From Phoronis australis (taxonomy: Eukaryota > Animalia > Phoronida), in contig NMRA01000390.1 of assembly GCA_002633005.1 (NCBI GenBank), positions 83,544 through 147,543 of the forward strand: DNA of 64,000 nucleotides, in the 5' to 3' direction. Of the stretch, positions 26,501-41,500 are shown in pieces. Within the stretch, counting starts at the first letter, position 1, and every line of letters begins with the position of its first letter. The position numbers and the translations under genes are program-made. Under the pieces are notes generated by a model. That model worked only from the letters and a program-made list of their open reading frames with translations, ran no database searches and was not told the DNA's origin.

Positions 26501-29500
26501 TATGCATCTTCCACACAGCTATCATCACATGTCAAACATAAACTGTTACCATATTCTACTTTCTCACACCACCTTTCCTTTCTTAAAACCTACAGTTGGA
26601 ACAACATAACTCAGTTGAGGTCATGAAAAATGTCTAATTTTGGTCAACTTCAGAACATCTTATCTCAGAGATGGCTGATCGGTTTCACATGAAACTACCA
26701 GATACCATGCTTTGTACAATGTTCTCCAAAACGCTGCTGGGAATATTGTTAAACGGAGACGATATTTATAAAACCGTAACAGCATTTTTGAGATTTATTG
26801 TGAACATTTATATCATACGGAATTTGGTAATGCTATTTAACTTGTTGCTTTGCTGTGAATGAACCTTTTTTGCTAAATTTTCAAAAAAAGCAAGGTTATG
26901 TGACCTAATTAGTGGCAGATTGGCATCACGTCAACAATCAAATTCAGAATTTCTACTTTCAGAATATTTAATTATGCTTTTGCCAAGTTAAATTCTATAG
27001 TTTTGTAGATATTTTGTTAAATATAGAGACTTGAAGATAAGGTCCTACATAGTAACTTTAATGCTTGAATCATGGCAAACTTAAATACATGGTTCGAGTC
27101 TTTACCTTTTCCCAAAGGATTAATCCAGTAATATACGTAACATTGGTATGATATTTTTGCTTTTAAATACAGTTTTGTACCTAGGGCAATATGAGAATAT
27201 CATCCGATTCCTGAATTGGAAATGGGTCAGAATGTTGCATTGTGGGTATAGAGGTATAATTCAAGTGAACAGGAGAAGCGGTCAAAGGAAGATTGTATGT
27301 GTTGTATGCCTGGATCATTTAATATTACAGTAAGCAAGATAAACGAGTTTAGCTTACAATTTTCTGGGGATCAAGAACTTTGTAAAAATGGCTCAAAAAC
27401 ATTGGTGTGGCTGAAAACAAAGGGCGGTTTAGAGGAATTCGTTCTGACCTTGGAGAGTGTTTTAAAATATTTCTCCTGGAAGAAGTAACGACAAGCACTC
27501 CACGATCGATGGAGTATTGTTAGTGCTAGAACAAAACTCAGCTGAGCTGAGCATCACGTTCATTCTGCATCTCGGAACAGGAAGCAAAACTGGACAGCAG
27601 AGCAGCTGCAGTCAGTGGTCAACTAGCACAGCTATAGTGTTTACTAGATGGCAATGATAGCAGCCTGTAGGATATTATTTAGAAAATTATGAAATTATTG
27701 ACAGTATGAGGTCACGAATAAGTGAGCAGAGGAGGAGTTCTCACAGGTGAAGAATGAGCTTTTTACATGTAAACAAGTAGAGCTGTATCATACAACCAAG
27801 AATGAGCTTTTTACATGTAAACAAGCAGAGCTGTATCATACAACCGAGAATGAGCTTAGTTTTTACATGCAAACAAGCAGAGCTGTAACATAAAACCAAG
27901 AATGAACTTTTTACATGAAAACAAGTAGAACTGTATCATACAACCAAAGGTGAAGAATGAGCTTTTTACAACAAGTAGAGCTGTAACATACAACCAAGAA
28001 TGAGCTTTTTACACGAAAACAAGCAGAACTGTATCATACAACCAAAGGTGAAGAATGAGCTTTTTACATGTGAACACAAGTAGAGCTGTATCATACAACC
28101 AAAAATTGATCAAGAAATGAGGAAGTGGCAAAGACAATATAACCTGCTTAAACTAGAGTTAAAAAAAGAACAAAAATTAATTACAATTGGCTTAGACAGT
28201 TGTCATTTTTATTGTACTACGAGAGAAAGAGCATTCATTCCCTCTTTTTTTGAAAAGTTTATGTTTTGAAATTCTTTGTTTTTAGTCATGGCTTTACACT
28301 CATTTTTTATTAAGTTCAACCTCCGGGTGATGAATTGACACTTTGGAATAATTGAACTTATAATGAGTTTGAAATTGTTTTGTATGCAGGGAAAAATGCA
28401 AATTTGGGTAATAAATGCTTGTATTACAGTTGTGACATCAGTTCTGTGGGTAAGCAAGCAATGAACCCATATGTTCACACACACATCTGACAAAAAGTGT
28501 ACGGTGGCTAGGTGTACACCTATTGCAATGATGTCATTAGGATGTCTGAGAGTAATAAGTTTCACAATTGGCAGTTGTTCTGATACTGTTAACACATTGT
28601 ACACGCGTCATGGTCCTCTGATCTGATTAGAACAACATTTTGAATTCATGTCAGTCATGGTCTTGTGTATCGTTGCGCGAGAAGGCCGATAGGTGTAGGT
28701 TGTGTACGCTTAATGTCATTGTGCAGGAGCCGCAGTCCAATGAAACATGGTTTTTCTTCCAGTTGTATTGAGGTCGGGATGCCGTAATCGCAAAAAACAT
28801 AACATGATAGAATCACAGGGGTTACAGGGATTATAAACTTGACACGCTTTTATCAGCGATTTCAATAGTTCATTACCCAGTTGCTATGTGGATGTCAGAA
28901 CACTGTAATCGCAATACAAAAAGAATTTTATGCCAATAGCAGTGGCTTTTTGTGCAGACGTTGGGACACCGGCCGGCGTAATTGCAACAAAGGAGTTTTT
29001 ATTTCAATTGAAATAACAATATCTCAACGTATTTTAATTGAACTTGCGTTGCTTAGACGTTGATATTTTGTCAGACTCGGCGAGGTTGATTACATTGGTA
29101 TTGTCCCTAAGTCGATACTATGTTGGACCCACACTGACAGGCAATAGGCCATTCTTGCTACCTCTAGACAAGTGCCTAATTGCATGTTAATATATGCATC
29201 AATGCGACTACCACTATATAGTGCCAAACCCTATGATAATACATGTGTCAAAGAATTTACCTCTATATTAAACTTGGCAACAAAGCCAAGATCTATGTAC
29301 ATCTGTCGCAGTAAGACCAACATCTCTGGATCGTCCCACTGCCAGTTGTCAAATGTTGGCTTCTTCAGGTAATTCCGCACTTCTTCCGTTACTTGAACGC
29401 CACTGGAAAACAAAAAAGGTCATCATAATTATCAACAGGAGGCGCTACAAACAGCGGAGAGACTGGACAAACACCTAGCAAACAATCAAATGACTACAAA

Positions 29501-32500
29501 CATGTCATTAAGGATATCTCAAACCTTATTCACAACAATTGGCTATTTTCACAATATTTCAGACTCTAGCTAAATTCCTTATCTTCATTCTCGGGAACTT
29601 CAAATACAAAATAAATACCAAGTAGTGAGAAAAAAGATTTAGCAGAACCACCTTGGAACTGCACAACCGCAAGGAAATTTATTCACTACTAATCCGAGGT
29701 CAAAGGTTATAGGCCTGTCACTCACATCGAATCTCTGGCAGACCAGCTCCATATGTACCCTCAGTCCATTTAATCACAGAGTCGCCACAATATTGAATCA
29801 ATGACATGTTCATATGATAGAAAGATGCTAGGGAAAATGAAGACAAAACAAAGTTTGATCCTAAGGGAGTTGTCTGTGTGTGTGAATACATACAACTGCT
29901 GAGAACAAATGTACGAGTCGCCTCACGCCTCTGTGTTCACGAACACAGCAAGTTGTGAAAAGAGATAAATCTTCACCAAAATTCCTTAATTTGATAATTA
30001 GGTAATTTGACATTTCGCTGTTTCAATCTCAAGCTCACGACGTGCTTTAATCACCGACTTCTGTTATCCATTTCCTGGCTTCATATCAGTCTTCCGGTGT
30101 GTGGTGTATAACAATGAACTGTTGAATACAATGCACCAGCTTGACCCACTTAATATGTTGGCTTCGCCCATGACCTAGTTGGATGCATTGGAAATCGATT
30201 TGGCCAAGTTAATTACGCACTGCAAATTCAAATGAAATTGCACGTGAAAGCTGAAATAATGAACACAAGTAAGGGGTGTATAGGTTATGTTGACCGAAAA
30301 TGAGTTTTCACCGAAAAATTAATCCAAAACCTTGAGATTTTCGCAAGTCCCAACTTAATCGACCTTTTCTCGGCTGCAACAAATCAATTTAACTAGAACT
30401 TAGCAACACAAGTTCTCGAAAATGGCTTGGTGGATTTTTCTAATACTTTTCAAATTTAATATTGATCCATCGATCTCAAAAACGCAGTTAAGATTTTCAA
30501 TATAAAGGCCTAGTTTTTGCGTAATGTAAAAAAAAAGGTTTCATTAAAATTGACCGAAAGGTTATTTTCTTAAAACGAAATTTTGACTTAAGAAGGTGTT
30601 AAATTTAATAACAATAACAGCACATTAATGTACAATTATTTTTACTAGTTGAAAAAGTCTAGCGTTTTTGATATCGGAGTTAGAATGGGGGCTACTTTAA
30701 ACTAAGGTTTGAGATAACCTTACGTCAGACAGTTTATCAACCACAAGAATGGCCATCCACACATTCACCAAACTATCTTAATGACTAGAAACAAGTCATT
30801 AAGTAAATAGTTTATCAACCACAAAACTATCAATGGTTTGAGCACAGCATCAAGCTACACATGCATCACTGGTTCAAGATGGAGTAAGCCCGCATTCAAT
30901 CAAAGAAATTAACTTTTCATTTAGACCATTAACAGCTAATGCAGTTGGTCTCAACTTAGCATTCAAGTGATTTTGGTCTGACAGTTCTTATTGTTCGAGA
31001 CCATATTTGTCAAGTCATATTGTGGGTCCAAGTCATATTGTGGGTCCCAGTCATATTGTGGGTCCAAGTCTCAAGCAATAATGAGCTGTTAGTTCCTTCT
31101 AAGCCCACAAATCCCACCTATTTAGACAAAGGAACAATTCGAGAGCAACTTCATAATGGTAAATGATCTAACACATTTTTTTGCTTTTGTGACAGAAGAC
31201 GGTTTATAAGACGCTTTACAGCCAACTGCAGCATTGGACAACACCTAGACATTCATTCATCATTAACTACGTCCCACATACTATAGGCCCTTTCATATTG
31301 ACTTAACTCCCATCTGAGGGAGCGTCGACGTATACTGCGAAGTTAACTGGACCGTTCATACTGGCTTCGGTAGTTAATGAACATCGAAATAAACAGTAGG
31401 TGACACTGTCGTTATTGCAAGATTTTTTTCAATGTGACAATTTAGGAATATTAACATGTGCTAATTGACATTTTTAAATCGACTGGTGATTATTAAAGCA
31501 AAATTACTACTAGTGACGGCACTACCCTGTAATTTTGGACGATATCAGTGGCACCTGGCGATATCTTCGAAAGGACCGAAGTTGACCATTAATACTGCAC
31601 CGCAGCATCGACGCTCCACTCTTACATCCACCTGTTTACTGGCGCTGTTAACTTCAATCCAGGACCGAAGTTAAGCGTTCATACTGACCGCAACTCCCCA
31701 AAACATTGACGCGTCAACGTTAGTATGAAAGGCCCTTATGCTATGGAAGATCATCCTAAATTGAGGAACTCCTTTTCACTATAAGTGAGACAGTGAAACT
31801 TGTCGGTATTTTAAAGTTATCAATGTGTACAGTAGATTTCATCATGACATCACCTTCAAATTTTGCTACATTGTTGCTCCGACACTAAGTTTTAGGACCA
31901 ATTGCTTTGAAATTTTTCATGTGTTAGTTTCTGTACTCAGCTATTATCGAGTGCAGCATAACCATAAGTTGCTTAATTTCAAGATGACGGATATGACAAG
32001 TTTTCATCCATTTTCAATCGTGCTGGGGTGCCATTTTAAACAGGAAGGGGCAATGATGTGAATTTTTGCATGTGAATTCTCTGATGTATATTCGAAAATT
32101 TTACGGAATTATGTGAAACTATGCTGTTAGATAAAGTTTTGAACGGGCTTTCAGAAGATATCCTCCATTTTTTACTAAGACGTCTGCTTTTCGAATTATT
32201 CCAGAATTTCTGATAATGTTTGTTTGTTGATTGATTTCCCTGCACTTATGTTGGTTTACCTTATATAAAACAAGACTGCAGCCTATTTCTTACTCATTTC
32301 TGACATCTTCACTCGTTATATGAATGTTATCGTCACGCTGATCATGTTCATCATGTTCATCATGTTCATCATGTTCATCATCGTCATCGTTGTCATCATC
32401 TCCATTGAGGTCTTTTCAGTTTCGCCAAGCGTCGCTCCTCTGAGCGCTCGCTTTCATTAACAAGTTGCTAATGGTAATTTCAACAATTTACAATGTTGTA

Positions 32501-35500
32501 AACAAGTAAACTAAGGATTGAACTTTCCAATACATACCACATTCTTGTAAACTTGTCATAAACCTTCTTACTGGGGTCCTTGCTCTGCATTGAATCCCTC
32601 TTGTTCCAAAATGGCTGCAGAGAGCCAGTGGTCATGTCCTTAAACAGACCCAACCAACTGAGGTGCTCAACACTCTGCAATCATCACCAATACATTAGTT
32701 TGAATGAAGCAACAATTGATAACTACCAAACATACATCATCAACCAAAACATTCAAAAACAAACCCACAAATTCACACACAGAAGTGATATTTTTGCAAT
32801 TAAATGCTTATTTTTGTCAAGACCCTATAGAATGCAAAGCAAATCAGTTTGCTTGCTTTGTGGTTCTGTAGAGAGAGGTCACGGAGTCACAAATGATGTC
32901 ATGCCAAAGGATAATAAAACATTTTATGATAGCAGAGCCCATCATGAGTAACCAACAGTGTTACACAATGTGCGTTTACATTTCATGTTCCGAAAGTATT
33001 CTTGGATTTTTGGCTAGGTTTGCAGATGTTCTATGGAAAAAACATAAAAAACATTTGGAACAAGCAGTGATCAGAGAATTACGCAAAATCAATGAGCCAA
33101 CAAATAATGAAACATTCGTCTCACACAAACATCACAGGTCTTAAGTTCCATGCAACACTGGCTGTCCTTAAAATATTTTCACCATGGCCTAGTCTCAGTC
33201 CTAAGATGGGTAAGTAACTTTGCAAAATGTTTTAGTTTCCCACAAAATACCACCCGTACTCAAATGCACTGGGACAACCCCAGTTTTTGTTAAAATACTT
33301 CTTTAATCTTCACGGTTTTCATCATCATGGATCTTTTAGGATCAACCAACCTCCAATTTTTCCCTGAACAGTTCCATCTTTTGTTTAATATCAAATACTG
33401 CCACTGGCATTTCTCCATTGTCCACAACAATCTTCTTCTCGAGAGTCTGTATCCTAACAAAAACACATAAAACACAATTCACAGCTCCGTCCAGAACACT
33501 TAAGGAAGCAGAGACAATATATCAATTAGGCCAAATTTATTTAAAAATATGAGACATTTTTCTAGGGTCCTACATTGAGATACAACTACAGGTGAAAGGA
33601 AAATTGTTACTAGGGGACCTCACTGTAGTTGCACCCATGTCACTCGTGATCTTGTTATCCATTGATTTTCATTAGGATCCTTTGAGTAGTTCGGCAGATA
33701 GAGATACGGTGAATGACAAAAACTGACTTGAAAATAATAGACATGGCAACTAGGTGGCACAGAATATGTTAAATACATCTGAAAATCGAAAGGCATTGTC
33801 ATCTCCGTTAAAAAAACTATTTGGAAAAATTAGTGAAAAGCAATCATGGAATTCTGAAGATACAGATCAGTGCAAAAGTAAAAAACTAAAATTGTCCTCA
33901 GGGCGCAGAATACATTGAATCCATCCAAAAACTAAGAAGGTATCGTCGCACCCGAACAGAAAGTTATTTGTCACACTCCAAGAAAATCCATCAGCTAACT
34001 TCCAGGATTGAGGATAACTAACTTAAAGGTAAAAAAACTATAATTAGCACTAAGGGGCACAGCGTTAGCCAAATAGGTATGAAAGGCATTGCATCCATCG
34101 GCAGCATTATAGAAACACATTTGCCACATTTTATAAAGCTCCAGCAAGGTGTTAAAGAGATAACACAGGGGACGCAGGGCTAGGCACCCAGAAAGAGATG
34201 ACAGAAATATGCACCCTCGTAAATGTACATGAGGGCAAATAAAAAGCAAGGAAAACGATTGACTTTCATGTGGTGTGAAGGCTATCATGAGAGGTTTATC
34301 TTTAAATAACAAAAAGATTTAGGTCAATCTACAAAGAGAATGTGATAAGCATTGCCTTAATTACTAAAACGTACATCACTAAGAGTCACATGACCTATCC
34401 ATCTCCACATTAGTGGACATGAGTATGATGGACACATTCTTATCAACCACAACCATGCCGTGAATAATACGCTTACAAGAAAGTCACGCATTTCTAAAGA
34501 TATGCATGACTCTTCACCGCTCTTACTTCTGAGCGACTTTTACTGCGATCAAAGAGAGCGCGACGCCAGAGTCGGACTCAGTTGCGATGACCGCATTGTC
34601 CGGTGCGAGCAAGACCCAATTAAGTGTAATTACCCGACCATAACCTGTAGTAAACATCTCTGCCTGTGCATTAACCAACAGTTTTCATTAAAAACAAATA
34701 CCATGACAGCTGTATTCAGATGGAAAAAGCAACCAAGTTTGGTTTTCAATTTTTAAAAATCGATGAACTATTAAGCTAAAAACTACAAACATTGGGTCCG
34801 ATTGAAGACAAACGACTGTGTGTACTGATATACTCGGTAATTATCTCTGATCAAGAGTTAACAATATCACATGGATTATTCTTTTAGTATACAACTAAGC
34901 TACATTGAAACATCTATAAACAACACACAATGACTAAATTATAGAAGTCAATAACTTTTAAAACATCACTTATGGTCCAGTGTATGCCGAACTACTTTAC
35001 TCCAGGAGTAGTAAAACTAACCAAAAACTGATATTCACAAAAATGCACCAATTTCGATAGATAGCTTGTAGTTGTAATGGAACACCTGTGAAGACAACTA
35101 AGATGGCTAGCTTTGTAGTCAACGAGAGAATGCAAGCAGTGGATGAGGTTGGTCGGTGGGCAAGAGGTGTGATTTCATTTTCTATGACTGAGGAAAAGCT
35201 AGAATAGTTAATGTAGTTATTGCAATCAAAATTTCCAGAGGTTCCAAATCTTCACTTTGGCTATCACCATATTATTTTGCACTTTTGTATAAATTTTATG
35301 ATTTGAGTTCTAATAAAGATTGAACTTGAACTAATTGCACGTGTAGTTTTGTTTGTTGTGACACGTTGGGTTCACAATTAACTGACTTCTGAGTTGTTTT
35401 GATACTTCGTTTAAACACAAAATAAAAAGATAGCAACCATAACCTGTAAGAAAAAAGTAGACAGGAGTATTAAAATAAAGTAATGAAAACAGGTATGAAA

Positions 35501-38500
35501 CATATTTAAAACCAACATTCATTTGGGAAATGGCCCTTTGTCAAGATCAACGCAAATTAACATTTTAGTCTTTTTGTAAAATTTAAAATGTACCAAATTA
35601 AAACTGCAGGCTTTTTTTGCAAATGCCAGAGAAAAACAATTTGGGTGTAATAACGACCACCATTGTTAAGAAAGTAGTGCTAGCTATTACCTTTCCACTC
35701 ATTAGCTCAGATCTGGATCAATACAATGGGCGTGCTGAATAGGCATCACCAATTGAAAGTTGTCTGGGGCTTAGGGAATCAGAGCAGTGACCAGCGTAAG
35801 TGAGAAATCCTGCACATGACTTAGAAAGAAAGCCTTGTAATCTGCTTTAATTCACATATTGCATTTGACCAGGTGATGGTTTGCAGCTTGTCATTGTTCA
35901 CCCTTTCTATATCAACGGCAACGTTTAGCTTTTGAAAATCTGCTAAGAAAAACATTGTTTCCACCAGGAATATGTGAACTGTACATGAGCATTTAATATG
36001 CTGTAGTTTGCACATTTTGAAAGTATATCATTCTGCTTTTACCACCACGATTCAGTTTTAACCACCGAGAGTATGAGTTGTTAAACTGAAGCCAAGATCA
36101 GTGTCAGTCTACTGTAGTACAAACGGCACTTACCTGCGATGTTCTTTTTGTCAAAGTTTGTCACAATCTCTTATTAGCAAAAGTCTTTTATTAACTAGCA
36201 ATTGCCAATTGAGTACATGGACGCATGATGGGAATACTGTTAATATTGTAAATGCATACAAATATCTAGGATTAATGTTTACTACTACGAAAGGTTCGTG
36301 GTCTTGCGCACAGAAAACTCTATCATTACAGGCTACTAATGTAGTGAATTTAATGAGAAAAAATGTCAATGGTTTTAATGCACTCCCTGTTAAAGTTAGT
36401 TTAAAATTATTCGATTGTAAAATATTGCCGATACTTCATTATGGCTGTGAGATCTGGGGTTTTAGTGATTACGAATGTATTGAAATAGTCCACACAAAAT
36501 TTTGTAAAGAAATTTTAAATTTGCTTAGCACGGCAATTTCATCGACTGCTAGAGGTGAGATGGGTCGTTACTCCTTGATTGCTTACCGACTTCCTAGAAT
36601 TATGAAATATTGGTTCAAGTAAAACTATTAAGAACCGATGAGTAAAAAATTACATGTCATTGCTATGAATGGCAGTACAATGTGACAGAAAATGTTAATA
36701 AACCGTGCTGGGTTAATGATGTTAAGAAATTGCTATTTCAGTTTGGTTTTGGAGAAGCATGGTATAATCAGGGCGTAGGTTCCGAGACAAGCTTCATATC
36801 ACTTTTTAAACAAAGATGCAAAGATATTGATCAGCAAAAATGGCAAGATATTTTGAACAATTCGATTAAGCCGGAAGCGTACAGAACTTTTAAGTTAAAA
36901 ATGTTTTGAAAACTATTTAGATGTAATTGACAATGTAATGTTAGATCTGATATGGTAAGATTAAGATGTTCAGTGCATGCACTAATGACTGAAAAGGGTA
37001 GACACTTGAAACTTAGCAGAACAGAAAGGTTATGCCCTCTCTGTGTTAGGACATATGTCGGGTCAGAATATCATTTTGTTATCGAATGCCCATTCTACGA
37101 TGACCTAAGGAAACGACATTTGCCTGCATGGAGCTACAACAACCCCAATGTTACAAAATTCAACAGACTCATGAGTATGGATGAAAAAGATCTTATATGG
37201 TCAACATAAAAAATATGTTCATTTCGCATTCAAGCGAAGAAGAATTCGGTTTACTTCTAGTGTTTGACACTTACCTTTATTGTATTTGATGATTTGATTG
37301 TAACAAGGGCCGGAGGCCTAGTTATTGAATAAATATATAATATACAGTTGCACATAATCCGAATCGGTCATCAGTGATTGGCAACAACTTGGGTTTCTGA
37401 CCCCAGAGACTACCGTAATGGGCACTGAACTAATGACTCGTAACAGACTACTACCTGACAGTTCCGAGTCGGCTCGTTGTCGGCCACTCAAACAAAAATT
37501 CAACAAAGGTCATTTTCTGCACCACTAAAAGCACTAATATCAGCCAACAACGTACCTGTGGATACAACAACGTACCTGTGGATACAACAACGTACCTGTG
37601 GATACAACAACGTACCTGTGGATACAACAACGTACCTGTGGATACAACAACGTACCTGTGGATACAACAACGTANNNNNNNNNNNNNNNNNNNNNNNNCA
37701 ACAACATACCTGTGGATACAACAACGTACCTGTGGATACAACAACGTACCTGTGGATACAACAACGTACCTGTGGATACAACAACGTACCTGTGGATACA
37801 ACAACGTACCTGTGGATACAACAACGTACCTGTGGATACAACAACTTATGTAGCACTAACCTTTTGTCAATATCAGAGACGTCAAAACCAAGTTGGGCGG
37901 CTAAGAGACCACCTGAAACATAGCAGTTAAGTGGTCAGATAAAGCGTGTACTTCTCCACTATGCCATGTTGAGAATTAAGTAATAAGAGCATTGTAAACA
38001 CTTGTTGGCTCTTCCTGGCTGTCACAAAGCTGCTGCTGCAACACATGAATGAAGCAAGGTTAACCACAACATGTAGTGACAATGTGACCGCCCAATAGTT
38101 TCATTCTTACCAGTCCTGTAAAGACGGTCTTATAGACTACATTTACAAGAAGCATTCACCACATGACTAACAGACTGTACTGCCAGATGAACAAAATTTG
38201 AATGTTTCAAGCAAATATGATTTTCTGTTGATGTGACCTTGAAAATAGAGTCAAGGCCACCAAATTCGACAGGCGCCAGGAAAAGTATCACACACACCTT
38301 ACTGCAAACTGTGAACACAATTTGAAGCTTCCTTCTTTAGTGATCATGTCAACACTTTCGAAGTACAAAATGAACTTCTCACTTCAGTATGACCACTTGC
38401 AATCGGCGAGTAGGGTAAAATCTCAGCTCGCCATTTTGAATTTGAGGTTGTCAAATTTTTAGTACCCCGGACATCCGATATGTGTCGCTTGCAATGCGGC

Positions 38501-41500
38501 CCATTGTGATGCTTACGCGGCCCAGGTCTAGTAGGTCACGACCAAAAAATAGCAAAGAAACGGGATTGTTAAAATGAGAAACTGGGGATTTTTAATGTAG
38601 CGTTACTTATTCATAAACTTGTTAATAAAGTAAGCATGCGTATCATTCCTTTGTATTCCACAACTTTGAAATTAGTAATGTTGGAATAAAGTGTTTTTCA
38701 GAATTGCCACAGTTCCCTCAGACGCAGTGCTACAATTGATCATTTTGCCTATGCAACTAAGCCCTGTTTTAATCCTCTGCTCATGACTGAGCTAGTCATG
38801 ATATATCGGTATTACAAGCTATCACAACTTATGTGCTATTTGCATGCTGTTGCTGAAAGACACCGATAGCGTAATAAAGGTGCAAAACAGACAATTGCGC
38901 CCCCTGTGTAGTAATTGATGCCGAAAACGCCTGCGTCGCTCGTATATATATTTCTGAGAAACCTGGCCAACTTGCCACAAATCTTCAAGTAGATCTTATT
39001 TCACATAATTGTAACAAGCTTGTTTTGGAGGAGATTTATAAAACAATTACCTACGCAACTCGAAATGCATTTTTTGTTAATCACTACTAAACAAAATACA
39101 AATAAAACGCGATTGGCAACTTTAGCAAGCCATTCACACCCACAAACCTACCTGCGGTAGGGGTCATTTGCACTTTTACTCCTGAAGTTATCTCGAAATA
39201 AAGGGGCCAACTTTCATTGAAATCCTCAAATTAATAATTTTTGTAAAATTTGTCTTTTTCAATTCAGAAATAGTCAGACTTCCTTTTTAAAATATTCGGA
39301 ATTGTAATTTGTATATTTAAGTTGTTGCCAATAGATACAAACTTTTCCTAAAGGTAAATTTAGATTTATTATATTTTTATTGTCAAATTTGCCAAATTTG
39401 TTTGAAGATTGGACTGAATTATGAAGTTTCGTCGAGGCACCTTTTATCGTGAACTATCAGTCCATGATTCACAATGATACAACTGCTACTGCTGCAGAGT
39501 AGCTGAGGGGTCCTCTCCAGACAACAGTCCCAAAGTGAGGTGGGCGGCAGGGCTATGACCTAATAGATGAGGGCAAACCACAGAGGGACAGCGCAAACCG
39601 TAGTGAGGGGGAGAGGTGGCTTCAGGCTGCGTGACATGGCTGGTGACTTGGGGATCTGTGGCGCTTGAAATTTCTGGCGATCGGGGGAGAGAATAGCAGC
39701 TGTGCCACTGAGGTACTGTAATATTTTCAGTGAACCTTTATGAAAATGTAAACCATCACTAGTTAGAGTTAACAAACAAAAAGTCTAGGGGTTTTACGAT
39801 ATACGTCAATAAAAAGAGGAGTTTGTCTTCGAATAAAAACAAATATATTATGTTTCCAGGTACATAGGAACTTCAAGGTAAACGCAAACTATTGGGAGTA
39901 CATATCATTTCCTCTTGGCTTGCCACCAGTTTCGTCCCGCTGCCACTCTCTGCTTGTTGCAACTGTTTTGTTCCCTGGCGATCACCACTATCCCCTGATT
40001 ACCCCCATAGCCTCTACTTTTCCCCTTGCAGTCATTATTGTCTCCTCCTCCTGTCGCCACTATTTCCCCCAGCTAATACTATTCCCTCTGCTGTCTTCAA
40101 TTTGTCTTCAGGCGCCGTATTAGGCAACAATCCTACACCTAATAAACTGGGGACTGCAGATTCTTTCCTCGCCATGAAAAGCAGACGAGGAAACAAGAGA
40201 CACTCAAATCTCAATTTCCCAAAGTTCATGATCTCTAGAGAGTCACTAGCTTGCCTGTGTAGGAGGTGCTGTTCGAGCATGTTATTTTTCGAGCGCCTGT
40301 AGATTAACAAGATCGACAGATGGCGACAAAAGTTGACCGGCACTGAGCACTTTTTGCAACTGTTTTTTGTTGCTGTTCTGTTAGTGAGTGTTAGCTGACC
40401 TGTTTTGCAAGTGTGTGAAGGGCCTTGTCTTAAACTAAGAATAAATATATGGAAATAAAACAACAAAAATGGATCACTGAAATTTTCGAATATAATAACA
40501 TCCTTCGTCAACAGAAACAGAAATAAAGTAAAATCAAACACTATATGACAATTGAAAAAGTAAAGGATATAATTTAAGAAGTCTGAAGACTTCTTAAATT
40601 ATATCCTTTACTTTCATAAAGACCTACCATAGGGAATATTATGTTGGCCTTCTGGCGCTGACGTGGTGGAGGACAAAAACACAGTGAGCGTGCTGTACAG
40701 GAAGTGAATGTTGGGAAGCACTGCTTTCTGTGTTGAGTGGATGTTTGCAAAATAATACACATGTTTCTACACTTGAGTGGATGCAGTAGCCTCCACTGGA
40801 TGCAGTAGCCTCCACTGGATGCAGTAGCCTCCACTGGATGCAGTAGCCTCCACTGGATGCAGTAGCCTCCACTCTTGATAAGGGACAAGTTTAAGCATCC
40901 CCCTCTTGTGGTACAAAAATCTGTTCTCAGCGACATCTGCATGTAGCAAATCTGTCTGATCCATATATGTATATAGATAACAAATTCTAAATTGCGCTGA
41001 CAACCACACTGAGCAATGACAAGGAAGTGGATGTTGCAGCCAGTGGTAATACAGGGTCTTCACTTAATGACAGTGATGATAATACCACTGCAGATGACAA
41101 CATTTGTGAGCCATCAATGGCAATGAGAACTTTGACATTGGTATCAATACCAGAGCCACAGCTGTCAGTGATGATGAAAGTGATAGCCAGCATAAACACG
41201 CAACAACTAAAAGTGATCGCTAACGAGCTGAAAGTGCATCTGACGGCCACAACGACACCACACTGCCAGCATTGTTCACAGGGATCGACATAACGAGCTG
41301 CAGGTCGCATTTGCGACCTGAAATTTGGAAATGCGAGCTGAGATTTTTGTCAGCTCGTATCAAGTCGCAAAATGCTACCTGGAATTTCCAACGAATGCGA
41401 GCTGAGTTTTTACACTTCTCGACAGATACCTGGCTTATACAAAGCAGCTCTTGATAATCCGACCGTTATTTGGTTGTTGCCAAATCCAAGTTCAAAAGAA

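Noticed and set aside
24382-26853. 1.24-kb tandem duplication with duplicated small ORFs as a real segmental duplication
   Set aside because: The copies meet at a single N and differ at allele-like levels, so this is most likely an unmerged haplotype/contig overlap; read depth or long reads would decide.
35853-35939. Candidate PDE9 linker exon ([13 protein letters not shown]...)
   Set aside because: It has no convincing phase-2 donor, and the 37861-37912 exon fits better.
39892-40541. 136-aa and 168-aa ORFs in a PDE9 intron
   Set aside because: No recognisable domain; possibly a decayed mobile-element fragment, but unsupported.
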